This document shows positions 1-7,623 of a stretch of DNA of 20,000 nucleotides, piece after piece. A program made the position numbers and the translations under genes. The DNA comes from an uncultured virus (IMG/VR IMGVR_UViG_3300017749_000003) (lineage: Duplodnaviria > Heunggongvirae > Uroviricota > Caudoviricetes). The notes under the pieces are model-generated. The model made no database searches and was not told the DNA's origin. It worked only from the letters and a program-made list of their open reading frames with translations. Position 1 is the stretch's first letter; each line of letters begins with the position of its first letter. The stretch lies in IMG/VR virus record IMGVR_UViG_3300017749_000003; one strand, written 5' to 3'.

Positions 1-1
1 G

Positions 2-418
2 GTTGCGGGAGACCGCACCTTTGATACCTGGACCGTTACGGTTATCAACGATGAAGACTTTAAGATCAGACATGCTTTCGAGGCATGGATGAATCTACTC
101 TCCAAACTTGATAATGCAACTGGTGCAGTTAACCCAACCTCATATATGAGGAATGCAACTGTTCACCAACTTGGTAGATCAGACAGACTCGAAGGAACAA
201 AAGTTCGTAACAATGTTACTACTGCTGGTCCTGGTGGTGGATCCACAGGAAGTGGTGACACTACTGTCCTAAGATCATATAATTTCATTGACATTTTCCC
301 AACAAATGTTTCTGCAATTGATCTTTCTTATGACACCACGGATAGTATTGAAGAATTCTCAGTTGAATTCCAAGTTCAATACTTTGAAATGGCAAATGGT
401 CCTGGAACCCTCAAGTAA
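2..418 (+). CDS. g19: Tail tube protein, T4 gp19 family (5' truncated by the window)
   Basis: The frame is open from base 2 (VAGDRTFDTWTVTVINDEDFKIRHAFEAWM...) and continues into ORF 89..418, ending FPTNVSAIDLSYD...EEFSVEFQVQY. These are typical gp19 motifs, and the gene is directly upstream of the portal. Confidence 0.93.
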   Translation, partial: VAGDRTFDTWTVTVINDEDFKIRHAFEAWMNLLSKLDNATGAVNPTSYMRNATVHQLGRSDRLEGTKVRNNVTTAGPGGGSTGSGDTTVLRSYNFIDIFPTNVSAIDLSYDTTDSIEEFSVEFQVQYFEMANGPGTLK

Positions 419-425
419 TACCTAA

Positions 426-432
426 CTAAATA
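426..432 (+). promoter_or_regulatory. T4-type late (gp55) promoter, CTAAATA
   Basis: TAAATA core in the gp19-gp20 intergenic gap; resembles the T4 late consensus TATAAATA. Confidence 0.65.
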
Positions 433-454
433 GGTAAAACTTAGCAATTAAATT

Positions 455-2131
455 ATGGCTAGACTTTTTGGATTTTCAATTGAAGATTCAGACCCTAAGT
501 CACCGTCAATCGTCTCCCCCGTGCCTCCGAATAATGAGGACGGGGTTGATCATTATCTAAGTACGGGATTTTTTGGATCTTATGTTGATATAGAAGGTGT
601 ATATCGAACGGAGTTCGATTTACTTAGAAGATATAGAGAAATGTCTCTACATCCTGAAGTAGATAGCGCTATTGAAGATATTGTAAATGAAGCAATTGTT
701 TCAGATTCTGATGACTCACCAGTAAAAATTGAGTTATCAAATCTTAATGCTAGTGATGGTATTAAGAGTAAGATTAGAGAAGAATTTAAGACTATTCTAG
801 ATTTATTGGATTTTGATAAAAAGTCTCACGAAATTTATAGGAATTGGTACATTGACGGAAGACTTTATTACCATAAGGTAATTGATTTAAAAAAACCTCA
901 AGAAGGTATTCAAGAGTTACGTTATATTGACGCAATGAAAATGCGTTATGTTCGTAAGACCAAAAAGGACAACTCTAATCCAAATGTTCTGGTTAGAAAG
1001 AACACTGAAGATCCAATGGATTATGTGTTTCCTGAGGTAGAAGAATACTTCATGTACACCCCAAAACTTCAATATCCAAACCAGGCAGCTGGTGGAATGA
1101 ATGATTCTAAGGGTGTAAAAATTTCAAAAGATTCAATTTCATATTGCACTTCTGGTCTGGTAGATAGAAATAAGGGATCAACACTTTCATATCTACACAA
1201 AGCAATTAAATCACTCAATCAACTAAGAATGATTGAGGATAGTCTTGTAATCTATAGACTATCAAGAGCACCAGAACGTAGAATATTCTACATTGATGTT
1301 GGTAATCTACCCAAGCAGAAAGCAGAACAATATCTGCGGGACGTTATGAGTAGATATCGTAACAAACTAGTGTATGATTCTAGCACTGGTGAGATTCGTG
1401 ACGACAAAAAGCATATGAGTATGCTTGAAGATTTCTGGTTGCCTCGTCGTGAAGGTGGTCGTGGTACTGAAATTACTACACTACCTGGTGGACAGAACCT
1501 TGGTGAAATTACTGATATTGATTACTTTAAAAAGAAACTATATCAGTCACTCAATGTTCCACCATCAAGAATGGATAGTGATAGTGGTTTTAATCTTGGT
1601 CGTTCTTCTGAAATTCTCAGGGATGAACTCAAGTTCACAAAGTTTGTTGGACGTTTGAGAAAAAGATTCTCAAATATGTTCAGTGATATGCTCAAGACTC
1701 AACTTATTCTTAAGAATATCGTCACTCCTGAAGATTGGGAGATGATGAGTGAGCATATTCAATATGACTTCCTCTATGACAATCACTTCTCAGAACTTAA
1801 AGAAACTGAGTTGATGACTGAAAGACTTAATATGGTTGCAACTGCAGAACCATATGTTGGTAAGTATTTCTCACAAGATTATCTAAGAAGAAAAATTCTT
1901 CGTCAAACTGATGAGGAAATCGTCGAGCAAGATAAACTTATCGATAAAGAAATTAAGACAGGAGTTATTCCTGATCCAGCATCAATTGATCCACAAACAG
2001 GAATGCCATTTGCACCTGAAGGTGGTGGTGATTTGGGTAAACCAGTCATGGAACCCGATATGAACACAGATGCTCAGGCAACTGCAGCACCAGAAATTGA
2101 TGGTAAAGATCTCAAAGACGGTGAGATCTAA
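455..2131 (+). CDS. g20: Portal vertex protein, T4 gp20 family
   Basis: 558 aa with MARLFGFSI start, YLHKAIKSLNQLRMIEDSLVIYRLSRAPERRIFYIDVGNLPK and EDFWLPRREGGRGTEITTLPGGQNLGE, all cyanomyovirus g20 signatures. Confidence 0.98.
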   Translation: MARLFGFSIEDSDPKSPSIVSPVPPNNEDGVDHYLSTGFFGSYVDIEGVYRTEFDLLRRYREMSLHPEVDSAIEDIVNEAIVSDSDDSPVKIELSNLNASDGIKSKIREEFKTILDLLDFDKKSHEIYRNWYIDGRLYYHKVIDLKKPQEGIQELRYIDAMKMRYVRKTKKDNSNPNVLVRKNTEDPMDYVFPEVEEYFMYTPKLQYPNQAAGGMNDSKGVKISKDSISYCTSGLVDRNKGSTLSYLHKAIKSLNQLRMIEDSLVIYRLSRAPERRIFYIDVGNLPKQKAEQYLRDVMSRYRNKLVYDSSTGEIRDDKKHMSMLEDFWLPRREGGRGTEITTLPGGQNLGEITDIDYFKKKLYQSLNVPPSRMDSDSGFNLGRSSEILRDELKFTKFVGRLRKRFSNMFSDMLKTQLILKNIVTPEDWEMMSEHIQYDFLYDNHFSELKETELMTERLNMVATAEPYVGKYFSQDYLRRKILRQTDEEIVEQDKLIDKEIKTGVIPDPASIDPQTGMPFAPEGGGDLGKPVMEPDMNTDAQATAAPEIDGKDLKDGEI

Positions 2132-2137
2132 TAAATA
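2131..2137 (+). promoter_or_regulatory. Late promoter, ATAAATA
   Basis: ATAAATA overlaps the gp20 stop and lies just upstream of the ORF at 2161. Confidence 0.65.
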
Positions 2138-2160
2138 AAAATGTTACCCCTTTAAAAATC

Positions 2161-2328
2161 ATGGACGATTTAATGGATATGATCCTACAAGATGAGTCAC
2201 CTAATAATATTAGTGACAAAATCAAAAATGTGCTCTTTGCAAAAAGTGCTGAAAAAATTGATGCTTTGAAACCATCTATTGGAAACGCAGTCTTTGATGA
2301 GACGGAAGTTGAATCTGAGGAGGAATAA
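2161..2328 (+). CDS. Small acidic protein (55 aa) at the position of the prohead-core genes (gp67-like position)
   Basis: Manually translated: MDDLMDMILQDESPNNISDKIKNVLFAKSAEKIDALKPSIGNAVFDETEVESEEE. It follows a late promoter and was below the ORF-track length cutoff. Confidence 0.8.
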   Translation: MDDLMDMILQDESPNNISDKIKNVLFAKSAEKIDALKPSIGNAVFDETEVESEEE

Positions 2329-2331
2329 ATA
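2325..2331 (+). promoter_or_regulatory. Late promoter, ATAAATA
   Basis: ATAAATA overlaps the stop of 2161..2328, the same arrangement as at 2131 and 6589. Confidence 0.55.
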
Positions 2332-2429
2332 TGGAAGAAGAATATCCGATTACAGACTCTGATGATATGCCACTAGATAATAGTGAGACTGGTTATTCAT
2401 CAGACGAATCATCACCAATGGAGGAATAA
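2331..2429 (+). CDS. Very acidic micro-ORF (32 aa)
   Basis: MEEEYPITDSDDMPLDNSETGYSSDESSPMEE; preceded by an SD-like GAGGAGG and fills the gap between its neighbours. Confidence 0.45.
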   Translation: MEEEYPITDSDDMPLDNSETGYSSDESSPMEE

Positions 2430-2434
2430 GTATC

Positions 2435-2716
2435 ATGTCAATGGGACCATTCAGAACTTTAAGTATTGACTATTTCCAGTTAGGTTCTAGCAATGATAGT
2501 ACTTGCGAGAGTGCTACATATGTCAGAATTACAAATATCAATTCAGGAACTGCTTACGATTTTAAAGTAAGAACTACTGCAAACGATGATGCTACTACAA
2601 TAGCAAAAACCATTATTGGACCTGGTGAATCTTTTATTCTTAAAAAAGATCCAGCAGAGTTCATTCATGGTGCTTCTTCAAATATCTATGCATCACCAAT
2701 ATCACCTAGAGAATAA
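2435..2716 (+). CDS. Small beta-rich putative virion/head-associated protein, paralog 1
   Basis: 93 aa with GGAGG upstream; shares the pattern ST..A.YVR...F.V...P.E....KK.P....G.SS with the next ORF. Confidence 0.8.
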   Translation: MSMGPFRTLSIDYFQLGSSNDSTCESATYVRITNINSGTAYDFKVRTTANDDATTIAKTIIGPGESFILKKDPAEFIHGASSNIYASPISPRE

Positions 2717-2991
2717 TGTCTTCAGATAATAGAGCAATTAAATTAAAAGGGTTAACCCTTCACACTCCAACGTCATATAGCACTATTGATGATGCAGTTT
2801 ACGTTAGGGTAGTTAGTTTTTCCACTGGTGGTCAGAACTTCAGAGTTGCTAATGATGCATCTGGAAACGATATTGTTGCAAGATATGCAGTGAGTCCCAG
2901 GGAAACAATCTATATCAAAAAAGAACCAGGTCAATATCTTGGTGGTGGATCTAGCTCCTTAAGATGCAGTTCTGTATCAGTAGAAGGTTAA
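2716..2991 (+). CDS. Small beta-rich putative virion/head-associated protein, paralog 2
   Basis: 91 aa, coupled to paralog 1 by a TAATG stop/start overlap, with the same motif pattern. Confidence 0.8.
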   Translation: MSSDNRAIKLKGLTLHTPTSYSTIDDAVYVRVVSFSTGGQNFRVANDASGNDIVARYAVSPRETIYIKKEPGQYLGGGSSSLRCSSVSVEG

Positions 2992-2996
2992 GGAAA

Positions 2997-3010
2997 CTAA
3001 ATAATAAATA
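2997..3010 (+). promoter_or_regulatory. Tandem late promoter boxes (CTAAATA + ATAAATA)
   Basis: CTAAATAATAAATA directly upstream of g21. Confidence 0.7.
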
Positions 3011-3026
3011 AAGTCACGTTTTTACG

Positions 3027-3677
3027 ATGAAACTAATTAGAGAAGAGATAGAAAAGGTAGAAGTTATTACCGAAACAAGAAACGGTAAGAAAACTCTTTA
3101 TATTCAAGGACCTTTTCTCCAAACCGAACAGCAAAATCGTAACGGCAGAGTATATCGTCGTAACGTAATGGAACGTGAGGTGAAGAGATATACTGATGAG
3201 CATATTACTAAAGGTCGTGCTCTAGGTGAACTGGGTCATCCAGATGGTCCAACTATTAATCTTGATCGTGTTTCTCATAAGATCGTTTCTCTTGAGCAAA
3301 AGGGAAATGACTTTATTGGTAAAGCACAAATTTTATCTACACCAATGGGTAAAATTGCCGAGTCTCTTCTTAAAGAAGGTGTGATGCTCGGAGTTTCTTC
3401 TCGTGGTATTGGTTCACTTCGTCCAACTAAAGAAGGTTATTCTGAAGTTGGTGAAGACTTCATGTTGGCAACTGCTGCTGATATTGTTGCCGATCCTTCT
3501 GCACCTGATGCTTTTGTTTCAGGAATTATGGAAGGAAAAGAATGGGTTTGGGAAGGAGGAATTCTTCGTGAGCAACTTGCAGTAAAAACTGCACGTAGAA
3601 TCAACACTCTAGTTGATCAAAAAGCACTTGACGAACATAAGTTAAGTCTATTCAATGACTTTTTAAATTCACTATAA
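3027..3677 (+). CDS. g21: Prohead core protease, T4 gp21 family
   Basis: MKLIREEIE start, NRNGRVY, ALGELGHPDGPTINLDRVSH, GVSSRGIGSL and DIVADPSAPDAFV motifs. Confidence 0.97.
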   Translation: MKLIREEIEKVEVITETRNGKKTLYIQGPFLQTEQQNRNGRVYRRNVMEREVKRYTDEHITKGRALGELGHPDGPTINLDRVSHKIVSLEQKGNDFIGKAQILSTPMGKIAESLLKEGVMLGVSSRGIGSLRPTKEGYSEVGEDFMLATAADIVADPSAPDAFVSGIMEGKEWVWEGGILREQLAVKTARRINTLVDQKALDEHKLSLFNDFLNSL

Positions 3678-3707
3678 GTAGTGGTACTTACATAAAAATA
3701 ATTAATT

Positions 3708-3719
3708 TATAAATAAATA
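3708..3719 (+). promoter_or_regulatory. Late promoter, perfect TATAAATA with an overlapping ATAAATA
   Basis: TATAAATAAATA upstream of g22; exact T4 late consensus. Confidence 0.85.
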
Positions 3720-3760
3720 TAGTTAATCTAATCTACTAAAAGATAAACGGAGAGTCTCAA

Positions 3761-4900
3761 ATGTCTAGTGACAACAATTTACAGGAAATGGAAGTAGGCA
3801 CAAAGCAATCCAGTACTGCTGTTAACTCTGGAGCTGCTAAAGCAGATCCAATGCCCACAATGGCAGATCCTGGAACTCAACTTGCTTCTGTAGAAGATCT
3901 CGGTGGTCCTACTCCCGAGAATTATAAGTCTGATGATGATTCAGCAAAACTCAAAGAACCAGGCGCAACACTCAAGCAAGTTAGAGATGTTGTTACTAAG
4001 TCTGCTGGTAAAGCAGATGCAATGCCTGCTGGTATGAAGGAAGAAGAGGAAATCACTGACGAAGTGGTTGCCGAAGAAGAAACCACGGAAGAAGAAGTAG
4101 TATCTGAAGAAGAAACTACTGAAGAAGAAGTTGTTTCCGAAGAAGAATCAACCGAAGAAGTTGAGGTTGTTGCTGAATATAATATGGAGGAAGATGTTAA
4201 CGCACTTCTTCAAGGTGAGGAACTCTCCGAAGAATTCCAAGAAAAAGCAAAAACCATCTTTGAAACTGCAATCAATGCAAAGGTTGCACAGATCAAAGAA
4301 GGTCTAGAAGTACAATACGAAGAAAAACTACTTGAAGAAGTAGCAGTAATCCAAGAGGGTCTAACTTCAAGAGCAGACTCTTATCTAGAATATGTTGCTG
4401 ATGAGTGGATGTCCGAGAACGAACTCGCAATCGAACATGCACTTAAGGCAGAAATGACTGAATCCTTCCTCTCTGGAATGAAGGATCTTTTTGAAACTCA
4501 TTATGTAACAATCCCTGAAGAAAAGTATAATGTAATTGATAGCATGGTAGAAAAACTTGATGAAATGGAGACTAAACTCAACGAGCAAATTGAGAAGAAT
4601 GTTTCCCTAAACTCCCGTCTCGCAGAGACTGTTGCTGAGGGTATTCTTGATCAAGTTTCTGGTGGTCTTGCCGAGACACAGAAAGAAAAGCTCGCTTCAC
4701 TTGCTGAAAGTGTTGAGTTTGAAAGTGAAGAAAAATATCGTGAAAAATTGGAAATGCTCAGAGAATCTTATTTCTCTACTAAAGCAACTCCAAAGGCAAA
4801 AACCGAGACGTTATCTGAAGGTGCAGACGCAGCTCCAGAAGTAGTTTCTGGGTCTATGGCAGCATACCTGAAGACACTCTCTTCATTTGCTAAAAACTGA
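3761..4900 (+). CDS. g22: Prohead core scaffolding protein, T4 gp22 family
   Basis: 379 aa, acidic and coiled-coil-like; EDLGGPTPENYK, LSEEFQEKAKTIFETA and DSYLEYVADEW motifs; lies between g21 and g23. Confidence 0.95.
   Translation: MSSDNNLQEMEVGTKQSSTAVNSGAAKADPMPTMADPGTQLASVEDLGGPTPENYKSDDDSAKLKEPGATLKQVRDVVTKSAGKADAMPAGMKEEEEITDEVVAEEETTEEEVVSEEETTEEEVVSEEESTEEVEVVAEYNMEEDVNALLQGEELSEEFQEKAKTIFETAINAKVAQIKEGLEVQYEEKLLEEVAVIQEGLTSRADSYLEYVADEWMSENELAIEHALKAEMTESFLSGMKDLFETHYVTIPEEKYNVIDSMVEKLDEMETKLNEQIEKNVSLNSRLAETVAEGILDQVSGGLAETQKEKLASLAESVEFESEEKYREKLEMLRESYFSTKATPKAKTETLSEGADAAPEVVSGSMAAYLKTLSSFAKN
4061..4177 (+). repeat. 33-nt (11-aa) tandem coding repeat in gp22, about 3.5 copies
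   Basis: EVVAEEETTEE / EVVSEEETTEE / EVVSEEESTEE / VEVVAE. Confidence 0.85.
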
Positions 4901-4947
4901 ATTTAATATTAATCAAACAAAAACAAACACTTAATAGGTAAACCTCA

Positions 4948-6339
4948 ATGTTCAATTCCGAGCAATTGCAGGAGAAGTGGGCACCAGTTCTCGATCATCA
5001 GGGTCTTGATAATATTCAAGATTCCCATAAGAGAGCAGTGACCGCAGTCCTGCTAGAAAACCAAGAAAAATTCCTAAGAGAGCAAAACTCTTTTAACAAC
5101 TCAGGTTCATTCCTCGCAGAAGCACCTACCAACGCAGTTGGTTCTGATGGATTCCAAGGTGGATCCGCAGCTGGTGGTCCTACCGCAGGTTTCGACCCCG
5201 TTCTAATTTCACTAATTAGACGTTCAATGCCTAACTTGGTCGCATATGACCTCGCAGGTGTTCAACCAATGAGTGGTCCTACTGGACTCATCTTCGCAAT
5301 GCGTTCCAGATACAACAATCAGTCTGGAACTGAGTCAATGTTCAACGAAGCAGATACTGCTTTCTCTGGACAGGATTCTGGATTCGACAACACCAACGGA
5401 ATGTCTGGTGTTGCATCAGGTATGGGTACTACCGCACAGTCTGGTAGCAATCCTTCCGTCCTTAACCCAACTGGTTCTGCCGATCAACTAGCATACAATG
5501 CTGGTCAGGGCATGAGAACTGACGATGCTGAGAATCTCGGCGTCTCTGATCAGTTCAACGAGATGGCATTCAGCATTGAGAAAGTTACTGTGACTGCAAA
5601 GTCCAGAGCACTCAAGGCAGAATACTCCCTAGAACTAGCACAAGACATTAAGGCAATTCATGGTCTTAATGCTGAAGCAGAACTTGCTAATATCCTCTCT
5701 ACTGAAATCCTTGCGGAAATCAACAGAGAAGTTATTAGAACTATCTACAAGACTGCTGAGCAAGGTGCTACCGTCAACACCGCAACTGCTGGTGAGTTCG
5801 ATCTAGATATCGACTCCAATGGTCGTTGGTCTGTTGAGAAGTTCAAGGGTCTACTCTTCCAAATCGAGCGTGATGCTAACGCAATCGCACAAAGAACTCG
5901 TAGAGGAAAGGGCAACATCATCATGTGTTCCGCAGACGTTGCTTCTGCTCTAGCCATGGCTGGTGTACTCGATTACACTCCTGCACTTAATGCAAACCTT
6001 AACGTAGATGACACTGGCAACACCTTTGCTGGTACTCTACTCGGTAAGTTCCGTGTATACATTGACCCATATTCTGCAAACAGTGCTGCTAATCAGTACT
6101 ATGTTGCTGGTTATAAGGGTTCTTCACCTTATGACGCAGGTCTATTCTACTGCCCATACGTTCCTCTTCAGATGGTTCGTGCAGTTGGAGAGAACACCTT
6201 CCAGCCCAAGATTGGCTTCAAGACCCGTTATGGTCTAGTTGCTAACCCATTCGCAGAAGGCACCAATCAGGGTCTCGGTGGACTAACCACCAACTCTAAC
6301 CGTTACTACAGACGTGTAACCGTTAAGAACCTCATGTGA
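4948..6339 (+). CDS. g23: Major capsid protein, T4 gp23 family
   Basis: FDPVLISLIRRSMPNL, GVQPMSGPTGLIFAMRSRY, KSRALKAEYSLELAQD, GLFYCPYVPLQM and FQPKIGFKTRYG motifs. Confidence 0.99.
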   Translation: MFNSEQLQEKWAPVLDHQGLDNIQDSHKRAVTAVLLENQEKFLREQNSFNNSGSFLAEAPTNAVGSDGFQGGSAAGGPTAGFDPVLISLIRRSMPNLVAYDLAGVQPMSGPTGLIFAMRSRYNNQSGTESMFNEADTAFSGQDSGFDNTNGMSGVASGMGTTAQSGSNPSVLNPTGSADQLAYNAGQGMRTDDAENLGVSDQFNEMAFSIEKVTVTAKSRALKAEYSLELAQDIKAIHGLNAEAELANILSTEILAEINREVIRTIYKTAEQGATVNTATAGEFDLDIDSNGRWSVEKFKGLLFQIERDANAIAQRTRRGKGNIIMCSADVASALAMAGVLDYTPALNANLNVDDTGNTFAGTLLGKFRVYIDPYSANSAANQYYVAGYKGSSPYDAGLFYCPYVPLQMVRAVGENTFQPKIGFKTRYGLVANPFAEGTNQGLGGLTTNSNRYYRRVTVKNLM

Positions 6340-6361
6340 TCTCTATTCACAGAGTTTTCAC

Positions 6362-6387
6362 AGGACCTCTTCGGAGGTCCTTTTTTT
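6362..6387 (+). terminator. Rho-independent terminator with a cUUCGg tetraloop
   Basis: AGGACCTC-TTCG-GAGGTCCT running into a T tract, just downstream of g23. Confidence 0.95.
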
Positions 6388-6418
6388 ATGCCTACATACT
6401 AGAGCAGAAAATCAATCC

Positions 6419-6589
6419 ATGCTAAAGACACCAAGAGACATCGTAAATGATAGACTTTCGTGGTCTAGTGATGTGGCAATAAAAAATCATTGTGTATATG
6501 TTTTAGAGAAATATCTGAAGGAAGAACCACAACTAACACCTGAGCAATTGAAGGAAGCACTCGGAGAATACTTGATGGGATTAGAGTGA
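6419..6589 (+). CDS. Hypothetical protein (56 aa)
   Basis: Manually translated: MLKTPRDIVNDRLSWSSDVAIKNHCVYVLEKYLKEEPQLTPEQLKEALGEYLMGLE. It fills the gap between the terminator and g3; a CTACATA late-box variant lies at 6392..6398. Confidence 0.65.
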   Translation: MLKTPRDIVNDRLSWSSDVAIKNHCVYVLEKYLKEEPQLTPEQLKEALGEYLMGLE

Positions 6590-6595
6590 TAAATA
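6589..6595 (+). promoter_or_regulatory. Late promoter, ATAAATA
   Basis: Overlaps the TGA of 6419..6589, upstream of g3. Confidence 0.65.
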
Positions 6596-6619
6596 GAGTA
6601 TCCAAGGATTTCTATCGTT

Positions 6620-7189
6620 GTGCCTGTATCATCATCAGCGTTTAAAACACAGATTGCAAATAGGAATTTTCTTGCTCCAACTGGTTTTAAATTTACAATA
6701 TCAAGAGCACCTAAACTTGCATACTTTGCTAACTCAGCAAATGTTCCTGGTATAAGTTTGGGAGTTGCAGAACAAGGATCATACTTAAAAATGATTCCAG
6801 TTCCTGGTGATATGATGGATTTTGAAGATCTTTCTATTAGATTTTTAGTAGATGAAGATCTGGGGAATTACTTAGAAATTCAAAATTGGATGCGAGGTTT
6901 AGGATTTCCAGAATCCTTAAGTGAAATATATGACTTACAAAATGAAGATAATTTGCTAGGGAAACCATTTACACAAAATCAACAGAATCATTATTCTGAT
7001 GGGACTCTACAAATTTTAACAAATACTGAGAATTTACAGTACAACGTAGTATTCAAAGATATGTTTCCAACTTCACTTTCTCAAATGGAATTTGATGCTA
7101 CGGATACAGACATTCAATACTTCGCAGCAACAGTAACTTTTAAGTATAGTATATACATTATTAACGACAGGTTTAACTCTAGAGTATGA
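6620..7189 (+). CDS. g3: Tail tube terminator / tail completion protein, T4 gp3 family
   Basis: GTG start; NRNFLAPTGFKF, ANVPGISLG, PGD...FEDLSIRFLVDEDLGNYLEIQNW and YSDGTLQIL motifs; typical position before uvsY. Confidence 0.88.
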   Translation: MPVSSSAFKTQIANRNFLAPTGFKFTISRAPKLAYFANSANVPGISLGVAEQGSYLKMIPVPGDMMDFEDLSIRFLVDEDLGNYLEIQNWMRGLGFPESLSEIYDLQNEDNLLGKPFTQNQQNHYSDGTLQILTNTENLQYNVVFKDMFPTSLSQMEFDATDTDIQYFAATVTFKYSIYIINDRFNSRV

Positions 7190-7623
7190 CATTTGACATT
7201 GCTATGATTAAATCAATGTGGGAAAAAGATTCTCAGATTGATATTGACAACTTACACGAAGAATCACTAAAAATTCCAGTACTACATTCAAAATACTACG
7301 ATATCTTAAACAATCTAGTATTGCTAAAAACAAAAGCAGAGCAGCAAAGAAAAAACGTAAGACACGAAAGATACGAATATTATTCTGGAAAGGCAGACCC
7401 AGATGTATATGTAAAAGATCCTTTCCCCAAAAAAGTAAGAGATAAAGATGCTATGAATAAGTATCTTGATGCTGATGAGAGACTCTCAACTATCAGTATG
7501 AAGATTGAATATTATGTGGTAATGATTAATTACATCGATAGTATCTTAAAACAAATATCTAATCGAACGTACCAAATAAAAAACTCAATTGAATTTTTAA
7601 AATTCCAAGCTGGATATGGCTAA
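7186..7623 (+). CDS. uvsY: Recombination mediator UvsY
   Basis: MWEKDSQID..NLHEESLKIPVLHSKY, YYSGKADP and RTYQIKNSIEF motifs; adjacent to uvsW. Confidence 0.9.
   Translation: MTFDIAMIKSMWEKDSQIDIDNLHEESLKIPVLHSKYYDILNNLVLLKTKAEQQRKNVRHERYEYYSGKADPDVYVKDPFPKKVRDKDAMNKYLDADERLSTISMKIEYYVVMINYIDSILKQISNRTYQIKNSIEFLKFQAGYG

Noticed and set aside
1425..6238. Short alternative-frame ORFs inside g20, g21, g22 and g23 (1425, 3403, 4385, 4632, 5273, 5745, 6008)
   Set aside because: Off-frame or antisense by-products of codon bias within conserved genes.
6336..6361. Weak hairpin GTGA-T-CTCT...AGAG-TTT-TCAC just after the g23 stop
   Set aside because: Short and interrupted; the adjacent terminator already explains the region.
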